From contig JAYZAY010000065.1 in assembly GCA_036339465.1 (NCBI GenBank), positions 1 to 21,886 on the forward strand: 21,886 nucleotides of DNA, given 5' to 3'. The notes beneath the pieces were generated by a model. The model did no database searches. It saw only the letters and a list, made by a program, of their open reading frames with translations, and was not told the origin of the DNA. This stretch comes from Myxococcota bacterium. GTDB taxonomy: Bacteria > Myxococcota > XYA12-FULL-58-9 > JABJBS01. Every line of letters begins with the position of its first letter. The first letter of the stretch is position 1. Shown piece after piece: positions 1 to 9,393 of this stretch. The translations under genes and the position numbers were made by a program.

Positions 1-3000
1 CCCCCTTTAAGGCCTGCAACTGAGCATCAAATAGGTCCATGACGTAAAAGAATTCCGGAGAACCCGAGCCATACCCAGAAAGCTGTAGATGCCAACGTCC
101 CTCTTCAATAATCGTTGCCAGAGATTTTGTATCGCCTTGCATACTAGCGACGAAAGCCCGCATAATGTAGGTTGCGGTCAACAACCAGGGATCTTCACCC
201 CTTTCGGCCCTCCTCAGACGATTCAAAGCAAGTTGGCTTTGATTGTGATTTCCGAGAAATGCCTCAATCATGGCTTCGGTCGCATCCGATCGAGCCAGAA
301 GATGAGGACGCTTTGAAACATCTGCCATTTTACGAACAACCGTCAAAAGGCCTCGAGCAAGGCCCCCTGCCCCGGCTGCAGCTGCGACCGTAGCCCCTGC
401 CGAATATGCCTTCAATGACTCCGAGCATGGCTCCAAGCGGGAAGCGACTCGGAGTTGCTCTAGTACAGAGGCAACCATTCCTTTCAGATCAAATTCATAA
501 TAATTGAGCGTCGTCGCTCGATCGAGAACTTCTACCCACAATCGGATTCTCCCTGTACGCGGCCCTGGTTTTTCTCGTGAAAGGATTCCCAAACGGGTAG
601 TAAGTTCTCTAAACCCCCATCGAAAAAGATTCAACAACATCGTAAAAACGCTACTTCTTGGTAATTGGAAACCCAGTTCCTTGCTTGCATCGACAAGTAG
701 TTGCCTAGACTCTTTAAATTTATATCGACTCGCCATCACCGCAGAAAGGTTGGCACAGATACGGGCTCGGGTGAGTGAATTCTCAGTTGACTTCAAAGCA
801 TTCCTCAAAGCCACATCTGCTTGTTCAAACTTTTGAAGATGAGCAAATGACTCGCCCTGCCACCGATAAATATCTCCGAGGTCATCCGGCATCAAAGATG
901 GATTTTCCCCGTACAACATCAAACATTCGTCGAGGTAGCTCGCAGCTGCACCATAGGCTTGTTCCCGGATTGCCATAAAACCCGCATTTTTTAAGGACTC
1001 AATGGCAAGCGGAATTTCTTCTTGACTTAGCACCGAACGCGCCCCTCTAAAATGGTTCGCGATATCATAATCGGAGCAACCAAACTCACCCTTTCTTGCA
1101 GACATAACGAGCGCAAAATTTCGGTGCACGACTGCACTGCGACTATCCGATACTTCTTCCAGAAGAGCTTCTCGAACTTCATTGTGCAGAAAAACAAAGC
1201 GGTCTCGAAAATCGTCGGCCCGAAGAATATGGAGATGAACGCCCTGATTTAAGATATTGTAACATTCAGCCTCCCCATACCCATCTAGCGCACAGAGAAG
1301 GCGAATATCGACAGTCATGCCCAATAAAGATGAGACACAAAGCAAATCACGTGAGCGACTCGAAATCTTGTGCAACTTAGAAACAACAATCGTTACAAGA
1401 TCCTCGCTCAAAGTTAGGTCAGACAAGGAACTATAATCGGTCTTCCAAGATCCCCAATTCGGGCTTAGAACACCCGCACTAAGCATTTGAAGCAAACATT
1501 CTTCCACCGCTGAGGGGCGACCATTTGAGCGAGAATGGACTTCACGAGTCAACCGGGGGTCGATGGAGTCTGCATTGAGTGAAAGCTTTAGGTACTCATC
1601 GAGTTCCTCTACACTAAACCGAAGCACCGGAACCTTCATAACGTAACCATCGCCCAGTCTCTGTTCTGCATGGTTGTAGAATGCACGGATTACTGGATTT
1701 ATCTCTCCTGTGAAAACAAGAAAAATCTTGTTTTCGAGGATTTTAGGAATCATCGCGTAAAGGGTAGAGAGGGAAGCCTCATCACACCATTGACATTCAT
1801 CGATAAAAAGAACCAATCCATTACTAAATTCCGAAATTGCAACAAACAGACGTAGCAAAGCAGCTTGACGCTCACCCACCTCGGCCCTGTCATCTTCTTC
1901 TCGTAGATGTGGGGGAAGAAATCGCTCTAGCTGAGAAGAGAACCGAGTCAAGCTTCTTTCATCCATTAAAGCGTCGGTGAGGGAGTGCTGATAATGACGT
2001 GAACGTTCATCACATCCGTGAGCCTGACACCGAATAAACTGGTCGATGGACCGACGCAAAACAGAGAATGGCGGTTCCACATTTGAGCCCGCTTCCCCTG
2101 AGAGCACACTCCAGCGATCATCTAGATGCTTCCGACAAAGCTCATTGGCCAAATAAGTTCGACCGCTCCCCCTTTCCCCCAGAAAAAAAAGAATCCTTCC
2201 TTGACTGGCCAAACCCTCACGACAAAATCCCATTGCTTCTGACAAGATTCCCACTCGACGCGAAGTCGGTGGCAGGAAATTCCGAAATCGCGAATCAAAA
2301 CTTCCCAAGCTGTCCTGGAGAACACCAACTTCCAATTCATCAAGTTTCTCCAGGTTTTTCAGATCTTCAGCTAGGGCGGCCGCACTTTGGTAACGGTCAT
2401 CGGGGTCCTTCATTAAAAGCTTGTGGATAATGCAGGCAAAGGCCGGCGAAATTTCGGAACGTAGACTCCGAAGACTCGGTGGATCTTGAAATGCGTGTTG
2501 GCGCAATAATTCCGCCATATCCATCGCGACAAACGGTAACCGTCCACTCAATGCTTCATATAAAACGATCCCCAAAGCATAGAGGTCAGCCCTGTAGTCT
2601 ACCGGTCGAGTCACCACACCTGTTTGTTCAGGGGCTGCATACTGTAACGTTCCTGTAAGCGAGGTCTGCTCAACGAGAACTTTGTCCTCGGTCATTTTTT
2701 TTGAAATACCGTAATCGACCAATCGGGCTCCACCGTCGGAACCAACCAGGATATTCTGCGGTTTAACATCTCGGTGCAAAATCTGTTTCTGGTGAAGTGT
2801 ATTTAAAGCCCCCGCAATATCCCCACCCATTTGTCTGGCCTGTTCCGAGGTCAGACGCATCGTCCCCAACTCCATGGCCAGAGTGGTTCCCTCCATGAAT
2901 TCCATCACAATAAAGGGACAATCGTCTACCACGCCAGATTCGTATATCTTAGGCAAGCGGCTGTCTGAAACCCGCGCCGCAATGGCTGCCTCCCGCAAAA

Positions 3001-3160
3001 AGGCGCTTCGCTGCTCTGGGCGTAAAATGCCTCGGTTTCTAGGAATTTTTACGGCACATTGCGTAGCGCCCCTCCGTGCGCGAAAAACGACGGAATGCGC
3101 CCCCTGGCCAACCAATGAGCCCAATTCTAGACCAGGAATTTCAAGTTCGTAATGCTCCAT
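1..3160 (-). CDS. Ser/Thr protein kinase fused to AAA_16/STAND-like ATPase and helical (TPR-like) region; partial, C-terminus beyond left edge
   Basis: Manually translated from ATG at 3160 (MEHYELEIPGLELGSLVGQGAHSVV...); no stop seen to position 1, frame spot-checked at several points. Kinase motifs: GQGAHSVV, AVK, HRDVKPQN (~2776-2753), DYG (2716-2708), GTLQYAAPE, DLYALG, KDPDDRYQSA. Then Walker A-like GERGSGRT (2179-2156), Walker B LVLFIDECQWCD (~1800), SRSNGRP and FVFLHNEVREAL. SD-like AGGTGG upstream. Confidence 0.92.
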   Translation of the reverse strand, partial: MEHYELEIPGLELGSLVGQGAHSVVFRARRGATQCAVKIPRNRGILRPEQRSAFLREAAIAARVSDSRLPKIYESGVVDDCPFIVMEFMEGTTLAMELGTMRLTSEQARQMGGDIAGALNTLHQKQILHRDVKPQNILVGSDGGARLVDYGISKKMTEDKVLVEQTSLTGTLQYAAPEQTGVVTRPVDYRADLYALGIVLYEALSGRLPFVAMDMAELLRQHAFQDPPSLRSLRSEISPAFACIIHKLLMKDPDDRYQSAAALAEDLKNLEKLDELEVGVLQDSLGSFDSRFRNFLPPTSRRVGILSEAMGFCREGLASQGRILFFLGERGSGRTYLANELCRKHLDDRWSVLSGEAGSNVEPPFSVLRRSIDQFIRCQAHGCDERSRHYQHSLTDALMDERSLTRFSSQLERFLPPHLREEDDRAEVGERQAALLRLFVAISEFSNGLVLFIDECQWCDEASLSTLYAMIPKILENKIFLVFTGEINPVIRAFYNHAEQRLGDGYVMKVPVLRFSVEELDEYLKLSLNADSIDPRLTREVHSRSNGRPSAVEECLLQMLSAGVLSPNWGSWKTDYSSLSDLTLSEDLVTIVVSKLHKISSRSRDLLCVSSLLGMTVDIRLLCALDGYGEAECYNILNQGVHLHILRADDFRDRFVFLHNEVREALLEEVSDSRSAVVHRNFALVMSARKGEFGCSDYDIANHFRGARSVLSQEEIPLAIESLKNAGFMAIREQAYGAAASYLDECLMLYGENPSLMPDDLGDIYRWQGESFAHLQKFEQADVALRNALKSTENSLTRARICANLSAVMASRYKFKESRQLLVDASKELGFQLPRSSVFTMLLNLFRWGFRELTTRLGILSREKPGPRTGRIRLWVEVLDRATTLNYYEFDLKGMVASVLEQLRVASRLEPCSESLKAYSAGATVAAAAGAGGLARGLLTVVRKMADVSKRPHLLARSDATEAMIEAFLGNHNQSQLALNRLRRAERGEDPWLLTATYIMRAFVASMQGDTKSLATIIEEGRWHLQLSGYGSGSPEFFYVMDLFDAQLQALKG

Positions 3161-3287
3161 GCATCCCACCTATCACATAGTGACAATCCTAGCGCAGACG
3201 CCAAATCGAATAAAGGTGACATTGCCCCGTCAGTTTCTCATCCCAGACTTGACATCCACCTAAGGAAGCAACAATTAGCTTTGAACC

Positions 3288-3872
3288 ATGCGAAAAAACC
3301 TTCCATCCACCCATAAATCGCTCCGAATCATTCGTAGAGCCTGCTGGGTGCTTATTTTAACTAGCTGTGTTGAAAAAGAGACCGACATACCTCCCACCCT
3401 CCCTCCGGCCCAGATTCTAGGCATAAAAAACCATTCCTCTACCCAAATCCGTGGCTCGGGCCAAATGGTCAACCCCACTACCCATGATGCTCTCACCCCA
3501 GACCCTGTCAATAAAAACGGTCCCGCTACCTGGCCAAACTTCGTGATACTTGAGGCCCGAAAAGTCACGAGCCCTGAAATGCCCGATTGGCTAAAAGCAA
3601 CCACCAGCTGGAACCGCAAAACCACACCGCACAAACTCATTGCAACCGGCTTAGTCCAACACGTTCAAGACTCCAATCTGGGACAAACCACCGCTATCAA
3701 CCGTGCCCGGCAAGCGTTGGCAAAGTGGCTAAGCCAAAAGACTCTTCGCGCTACCAGGGTAACTCAAACCACACATCTACAAAAAATGGATGCTTTTGCC
3801 GCCCAAGTAGAGATAGAACTACCCAGTAATTGGGTTCCGAAATTCAAAAATCTTAAGGAACAACCACGATGA
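3288..3872 (+). CDS. Putative lipoprotein with Pro/Thr-rich linker and LPP20-like C-terminal domain
   Basis: Basic N-terminus, hydrophobic WVLIL and lipobox LTSC (Cys27). C-terminal PDWL...IATGLV...AINRARQALAKWL resembles LPP20-type lipoproteins. Stop overlaps the sppA start (ATGA, 3869-3872). Confidence 0.7.
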   Translation: MRKNLPSTHKSLRIIRRACWVLILTSCVEKETDIPPTLPPAQILGIKNHSSTQIRGSGQMVNPTTHDALTPDPVNKNGPATWPNFVILEARKVTSPEMPDWLKATTSWNRKTTPHKLIATGLVQHVQDSNLGQTTAINRARQALAKWLSQKTLRATRVTQTTHLQKMDAFAAQVEIELPSNWVPKFKNLKEQPR

Positions 3873-5599
3873 TGAGACTCATGCGTTGGCTTATCGGCCT
3901 CTGGATATTCGTTGTAACAATCGTGGCCTTCGTCGCCGCCTATGAATCGAGTAAGCCCCCTACCATTCACAACAATTCAGTGCTGATGGTTTCATTGGCC
4001 GGTCCCTACGGAGAAACAGACCAAATCGATATCGAAAGCCTCTTTACCCAGGAGCCACAACTAAGCTTCCCAGAAATCCTCCACTTAATCTACCGGTGTG
4101 CCGACGACCCCAGATTTTCAGGTCTCCAACTCAAAGTTGAAAATCAAGCCCTAGGCATGGCTCAACTCGAGGAGTTTTCCCAGGCTATCGATGCAGTCCG
4201 CTCAAAAGGGAAATGGGTTCACGCCTACCTCGAAACGGCAGGAGAATTCGCCCCGGGTACATTGCTCTATCTGATAGCATCCACTGCAGACGAAATCGTC
4301 ATGCCACCCTCCGGTGAAGTCAACCTGGTGGGACTTCAAGCTGAAACAATTTTCCTACCGGATTTTCTCAAGATGCTCGACATCGAAACCAGGGTCCTTA
4401 AAAGAAAAGCCTATAAAAACGCGGGGGATTTTCTCACCCACAGAAAATTTACAGGCCCCCACAAAAAGGCACTCCAGAGTTTACTCGACGACATCCAAGG
4501 GGAAATCATAGCCCACATCACCAAGTTTCGACAATTTGAATCAGCCCAAGAGGTCCACAAAATCATCGCAGGCGGTCCCTACACAGCCCAAGAGGCCTTC
4601 GACAAAAAACTGCTCGACCGACTCGAATATTGGGACCAGGTTTATGACCGACTTTCAAAAGACTACACCGATAAACAACGCGTTAGTATCGGCACATATT
4701 CAATGGTCCCCCCGGAGACACAACCCGCCAAAACTTTCGCTTATATTGTAGCAGAGGGACAGATAGTCAGAGGCGAATCTGACAAAAATCCATTGTCCAG
4801 TTCCTCCGTGCTGGGCTCCAACAGTCTCTCTCGAGCCTTTCGGTCCGCACGGGAGGATAAGGTGGATGGCGTATTGCTTCGGGTCAATAGCCCCGGAGGG
4901 TCCTACCTCGCCAGTGACCTCGTTTTCCGCGAAATCAATGCCACCAAAGAAGCGGGCATTCCCATCGTGGCAAGTATGGGAAATGTGGCCGCCAGTGGGG
5001 GCTATTTTCTGGCCATGGGCGCAGACAGAGTTTTCGCTGCTCCCTCGACCATTACCGGAAGTATTGGTGTCATCAGCATGTTTTTCTCCCTCGAAAAACT
5101 TCTTAAGGGCAAGCTCAAGATGCATGTAGACCGTGTGGAAACCATGCCCAATGCTGGCTTTTTTCAAGGCTCGACCCTACCCAATGGGAAACGCCTCAAA
5201 AAATTCGAGAAAAAGATGGACCAAATCTACTTGGACTTTACCCAAAAAGCGGCCAAGGCCCGAAAAATGCCCTACGAGGAGCTCGAAAAGGTTGCTCAAG
5301 GAAGAGTTTGGAGTGGTCGGCGAGCAAAAGCCGTAGGTCTGGTGGATGAACTCGGGGGCATCCGCGCTGCGAGTAAGGCGCTCCGAGAATTGGCAAATAT
5401 AGCGCCCGAAGAAGGGGTCAGGCTCATAGATTATCCACCACCGGAAACACCCCTGGAGGCCCTTAAACAAATTTTCTTAGGCCAAACCCGTGCAAGCTTA
5501 TTCGTGCGAAAACTTGCAAATGCAATCTCCCCTTATTGGGAATTAGGCCACCAAAATCCAATATCAGCCTCCCTCCCTCCCCTCGCCCCAATTCAATAA
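3869..5599 (+). CDS. sppA: Signal peptide peptidase SppA (protease IV, long tandem-domain type, peptidase S49)
   Basis: 576 aa; N-terminal TM anchor; YLIASTADEI and YKNAGD (catalytic Lys) in the first domain; LRVNSPGGS, SMGNVAASGGY (catalytic Ser), TITGSIGV, AQGRVWSG and GLVDELGG in the second. Confidence 0.95.
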   Translation: MMRLMRWLIGLWIFVVTIVAFVAAYESSKPPTIHNNSVLMVSLAGPYGETDQIDIESLFTQEPQLSFPEILHLIYRCADDPRFSGLQLKVENQALGMAQLEEFSQAIDAVRSKGKWVHAYLETAGEFAPGTLLYLIASTADEIVMPPSGEVNLVGLQAETIFLPDFLKMLDIETRVLKRKAYKNAGDFLTHRKFTGPHKKALQSLLDDIQGEIIAHITKFRQFESAQEVHKIIAGGPYTAQEAFDKKLLDRLEYWDQVYDRLSKDYTDKQRVSIGTYSMVPPETQPAKTFAYIVAEGQIVRGESDKNPLSSSSVLGSNSLSRAFRSAREDKVDGVLLRVNSPGGSYLASDLVFREINATKEAGIPIVASMGNVAASGGYFLAMGADRVFAAPSTITGSIGVISMFFSLEKLLKGKLKMHVDRVETMPNAGFFQGSTLPNGKRLKKFEKKMDQIYLDFTQKAAKARKMPYEELEKVAQGRVWSGRRAKAVGLVDELGGIRAASKALRELANIAPEEGVRLIDYPPPETPLEALKQIFLGQTRASLFVRKLANAISPYWELGHQNPISASLPPLAPIQ

Positions 5600-5615
5600 C
5601 CAACGGACCGAAATA

Positions 5616-7730
5616 ATGGCAGCAAACCTTCGCTTTGCGGGATTCTCACTCGTTTTCTTGTCTATGTCCTGCGCCCACCAGACTTGGCAGTATCCAGTGA
5701 CGGAGCGAACAAACTTCCAGGAAGTATTGCATGGCCAAACCATCAAGGATCCTTACCGATGGCTTGAAAATTTAAACAGTGCGCAAACCAAAGAGTGGGT
5801 CCAAAAACAAAAGGCATTTACCAACGGCTATTTGGAAAAACTGCCACACCGGGAAAAAATCAAAGAAAAATTGGTTCAATTATGGAACTACGAAAAATAC
5901 TCCGCGCCCATCAAACGAGGAAAATACTATTTCTACCGCCACAATACCGGACTTCAAAATCAGAGTATCCTCTACCTCACCCAAGACCCTAAAAAAAAGG
6001 GAAAAATTCTCATTGACCCAAATAAGCTATCTCAAGATGGAACTGTAGCCCTTAACACTTACGAGCCGAGCCCCCATGGAAATTTTATCGTATATTCTGT
6101 AACCCAAAGCGGCTCGGATTGGAAAACCTGGCACCTCATGGAAGTCGCAAGCCAAAAAAACCTGGACGACACCATCCAATGGACTAAGTTCACCAACATC
6201 TCTTGGAGTCCTGATGAATCGGGTTTTTACTACACGGGGTACAAAGCACCTAAGCAGGAGGGCAAAAAACATCAAACCCAAACCTACTTTAGCAAAGTCT
6301 ATTTTCATCGACTTGGAACGCCTCAAAGCCAAGACCAAATCATCTACGATGATCCCAACACCAAAGACGCAATGTTCGACCTCCAAGTCAGCGACGACGG
6401 CACGCACTTGATATTGGAAATCAGCAAAGGCACAGATAACCGCAATCAGGTATTCATCCGGCCGAGAAAATCAAACCAGAACCACTGGACCACCTTAATC
6501 GGCAATTGGGATGCTGGCTATCGCTACATTTGCACACACGAAAAACAACTGGTCTTTCTTAGCACCAAAGACGCGCCATCCGGAAAAGTCGTTAGCATTG
6601 ACCCCCAAAATCCCAAAACCTGGACAACGTTCGTACCCGAAAAGAGAGATGTCCTTAGAAAGGTCAGCAGAACCAAAACACACCTGGTGCTTCAATACCT
6701 AAACAATGCCCACTCGCAAATTGAGTTGTTGAACCTCAAAAACAGAAAATCATCAATACTCCAATTGCCCGGCATCGGAAGCGCTTGGGGCACGAACACG
6801 AAGAAAACATCCGACGAAATATTCATCGCATTTTCAAGTTTCAACCAACCCACCACCATCTACCACTTGGATGCTAGAAACCCGCAGATCAGGCTGTGGC
6901 GCAAACCTAACGCGTCGTTTACCCCCGAAGATTTTGTTACAGAGCAGGTATTTTACAGCAGTAAAGACGGTACCAAAATCCCCATGTTTATCAGCCATCA
7001 CAAAAGTATTGAGAAGGATGGCACAAATCCGCTTTATCTATTCGGATATGGGGGATTCAATATATCGATGACTCCCCACTTTAATCCAAAATACATTGCA
7101 TGGATGGAAATGGGAGGCGTTGTCGCTATTCCCAACTTACGAGGCGGCGGGGAATACGGTGAAGACTGGCATAAAGCCGGAACCAAAACCAATAAACAAA
7201 ATGTCTTCGACGATTTCATTGGCGCAGCTGAATATCTCCATCAAAACCTTTATAGCATCCCGCAAAAAACCGCCATTGTGGGACGCTCAAACGGAGGACT
7301 TCTCGTCGCCGCTTCTCTTTTACAAAGACCAGACCTCTTCGGCGCCGTAGTTGCCCAAGTCGGCGTATTGGATATGCTGCGATTCCATAAATTCACCATT
7401 GGTTGGGCCTGGACCGATGATTACGGCAACCCCGACAACCCAATAGATTTCAAACATCTCCTATCCTACTCACCGCTTCACAATATACACAATGGGGTCT
7501 ATTATCCTCCCACCTTAGTCACCACCGCCGATACAGACGACCGTGTTGTGCCATCCCACAGCTTTAAATTTATTGCAGCATTACAACATGCCTCAGCAGG
7601 ATTAGACCCCCTACTTATTCGTATTGAAACAAAGTCTGGCCACGGGTCAGGCACTCCCACCGCGAAACGTATCGACAAAGCCGCCGATGTATTCTCTTTT
7701 CTGACCCAAAATCTTCACGTTGACTTATGA
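5616..7730 (+). CDS. Prolyl oligopeptidase (S9A), probably lipoprotein-anchored
   Basis: 704 aa; DPYRWLE, beta-propeller region, GYGGFN, NLRGGGEYG, triad GRSNGG / DDRV / GHG. N-terminal hydrophobic segment ends in LSMSC, a possible lipobox. Confidence 0.95.
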   Translation: MAANLRFAGFSLVFLSMSCAHQTWQYPVTERTNFQEVLHGQTIKDPYRWLENLNSAQTKEWVQKQKAFTNGYLEKLPHREKIKEKLVQLWNYEKYSAPIKRGKYYFYRHNTGLQNQSILYLTQDPKKKGKILIDPNKLSQDGTVALNTYEPSPHGNFIVYSVTQSGSDWKTWHLMEVASQKNLDDTIQWTKFTNISWSPDESGFYYTGYKAPKQEGKKHQTQTYFSKVYFHRLGTPQSQDQIIYDDPNTKDAMFDLQVSDDGTHLILEISKGTDNRNQVFIRPRKSNQNHWTTLIGNWDAGYRYICTHEKQLVFLSTKDAPSGKVVSIDPQNPKTWTTFVPEKRDVLRKVSRTKTHLVLQYLNNAHSQIELLNLKNRKSSILQLPGIGSAWGTNTKKTSDEIFIAFSSFNQPTTIYHLDARNPQIRLWRKPNASFTPEDFVTEQVFYSSKDGTKIPMFISHHKSIEKDGTNPLYLFGYGGFNISMTPHFNPKYIAWMEMGGVVAIPNLRGGGEYGEDWHKAGTKTNKQNVFDDFIGAAEYLHQNLYSIPQKTAIVGRSNGGLLVAASLLQRPDLFGAVVAQVGVLDMLRFHKFTIGWAWTDDYGNPDNPIDFKHLLSYSPLHNIHNGVYYPPTLVTTADTDDRVVPSHSFKFIAALQHASAGLDPLLIRIETKSGHGSGTPTAKRIDKAADVFSFLTQNLHVDL

Positions 7731-7744
7731 GAACCCACTGATTT

Positions 7745-8893
7745 TCAGATCCCTGAAAATTCGCTGATCAACTTCGCGGTCTTCTCTAGCTCCTCTGGGG
7801 TATTATAAAAATGGGGTGAAATCCGAATTGCTCCTCGCCGCAAAGAAGTCACAACATTTTTTTCTTGGAGATGTTGGTAGAGCGCTTCGGTCTTTGCGGC
7901 ATCGGGAAGTCGTAAAAAGAGCGAACCACCTCGCCATTGGAGTGGAGGAGAAAAAATATACGTTTCGTCTTTCAGGGTCTCTTCGAGCACCCGATGAAGT
8001 AATTTGATACGTTGCTGAATGTTTCCCACACCAACCTTTAAAAGCATATCCAAAGCCTCTCGAAATCCCGCGATCAGCGGATAGCTCGCACTGCCTTCCT
8101 CGTACCTCTGCGCGTCCGCCTTCAACACAAAGTGTACGCGGTCGAAATTGAATGCATCTTCAGTGCTTTTCCAACCCACCAACACGGGTTCTAGTTGCTC
8201 GAAACACCTCTCGTTTACAAAAAGAAACCCAATGCCGGATATCCCCAACATCCATTTGTGGCTATCGGCCGAAAGAAAATCGATCCCAATTGCATGGACA
8301 TCAATTTCTTCAGTTCCCACCCATTGAATGCCGTCCACGCAAAAGAGAATATCCCGGGTGCGACAAAAAGCGCCTATTTTCGCCATTTCAGCCTTAGTGC
8401 CATTTGCAAACTGAACGCCACTTAATGCCACCAAACGGGTCTTCTCCGTTACCGCATTTTCCACCGCACGAAGAGTCACGACCCCCGATTCAGGTATAAG
8501 CTGACTTAAAACCACCCCTCGACGTTGCAAGTGAAGCCATGGATAAACATTTGAGGGATATTCCAACTCCCTAGCCACCACAACTTCATCCCCCAGACAC
8601 CATGATAATCCTTCGGCCACAAGCCCCAAGCCATGGGAAGTATTTCGAACAAAAGCAATTTCTGAGGATTTGGCTCCGATGAGCTGAGCCGCCGCTGACC
8701 GTGTAACCCCGCAAGTCTCTTCGCCTTCCATCGCCGCTCTAATACCCGTTTCACATAGACGATTCATCCATTGGGTAACCGCATCGACACATAACTTCGA
8801 TGTCGGTGCTACACCCGCGTGATTTAGATAAATAGAATGTTTCACCACCTCAAATTGACTTCGGTAGTATTGAATCAATGAATCGTCCAACAT
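7745..8893 (-). CDS. Aminotransferase class V PLP enzyme (C-S lyase / C-DES / EgtE-like)
   Basis: IYLNHAGV, FVRNTSHG, EYPSN, VDGIQ, PLP lysine in ADSHKWMLG, RYEEGS, IRISPHFYNT. SD GGAGG upstream of 8893. Confidence 0.9.
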   Translation of the reverse strand: MLDDSLIQYYRSQFEVVKHSIYLNHAGVAPTSKLCVDAVTQWMNRLCETGIRAAMEGEETCGVTRSAAAQLIGAKSSEIAFVRNTSHGLGLVAEGLSWCLGDEVVVARELEYPSNVYPWLHLQRRGVVLSQLIPESGVVTLRAVENAVTEKTRLVALSGVQFANGTKAEMAKIGAFCRTRDILFCVDGIQWVGTEEIDVHAIGIDFLSADSHKWMLGISGIGFLFVNERCFEQLEPVLVGWKSTEDAFNFDRVHFVLKADAQRYEEGSASYPLIAGFREALDMLLKVGVGNIQQRIKLLHRVLEETLKDETYIFSPPLQWRGGSLFLRLPDAAKTEALYQHLQEKNVVTSLRRGAIRISPHFYNTPEELEKTAKLISEFSGI

Positions 8894-8999
8894 AACCCCT
8901 CCGAACGTATCGCGAAAAAACCACTAGGGCATTATTTCCAGAAGCCCAAACTCTATGGCCAAAGATTACGTCTATACCACAACCTTTTGAGACATCCTT

Positions 9000-9029
9000 T
9001 TGACCTCGCCAAATCCCAAGCCTTATGCT
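9000..9029 (+). promoter_or_regulatory. Candidate sigma70 promoter for yggX
   Basis: TTGACC (9000-9005)-N18-TATGCT (9024-9029), 57 nt upstream of the yggX ATG. Confidence 0.45.
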
Positions 9030-9086
9030 AATGCCACCCCTAGGCGAAACTAACAGAATAAATACTTGTGTATAAGGACATCTCAA

Positions 9087-9389
9087 ATGCCACGAACAGT
9101 ATTATGCGCTAAGTTAAAAAAAGAACTACCGGGTCTTGAATTCCTTCCCTTCAAGAGCCCCCTAGGCGAAAAAATCTACCACGAGATTTCCGAAGAAGCG
9201 TGGGGGGAATGGGTTAAACATTCCACCATGGTCATCAACGAATTTAGGCTTAATCCTTCGACTCCTGATGCACAAAAGGTTTTGATGGAGCAGATGGAGA
9301 AATTCCTATTTAGTGATGGAAGCGATGTCGCGCCGCCCCCAGATTTCGTCCCCCTTGAACCTGCCTCGGAAGAGGAAACCAAAGAATAA
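9087..9389 (+). CDS. yggX: Fe(II)-trafficking / Fe-S oxidative damage protection protein YggX
   Basis: MPRTVLCAKLKKELPGL (conserved Cys7), LGEKIY, ISEEAW, TMVINEFRL, MEKFLF. Start moved to ATG 9087, preceded by AAGGA. Confidence 0.95.
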   Translation: MPRTVLCAKLKKELPGLEFLPFKSPLGEKIYHEISEEAWGEWVKHSTMVINEFRLNPSTPDAQKVLMEQMEKFLFSDGSDVAPPPDFVPLEPASEEETKE

Positions 9390-9393
9390 TCTC

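Noticed and set aside
2168..2190. C5, C5 and A8 homopolymers as a phase-variation site in the kinase
   Set aside because: The tracts are short, the frame is intact, and they encode LFFLGERG at the Walker A.
89..3152. Short ORFs in the track across 1-3160
   Set aside because: Antisense or off-frame shadows of the long minus-strand kinase gene.
3249..3277. TTGACA upstream of the lipoprotein-sppA operon
   Set aside because: Perfect -35 but no convincing -10 at 16-18 nt spacing.
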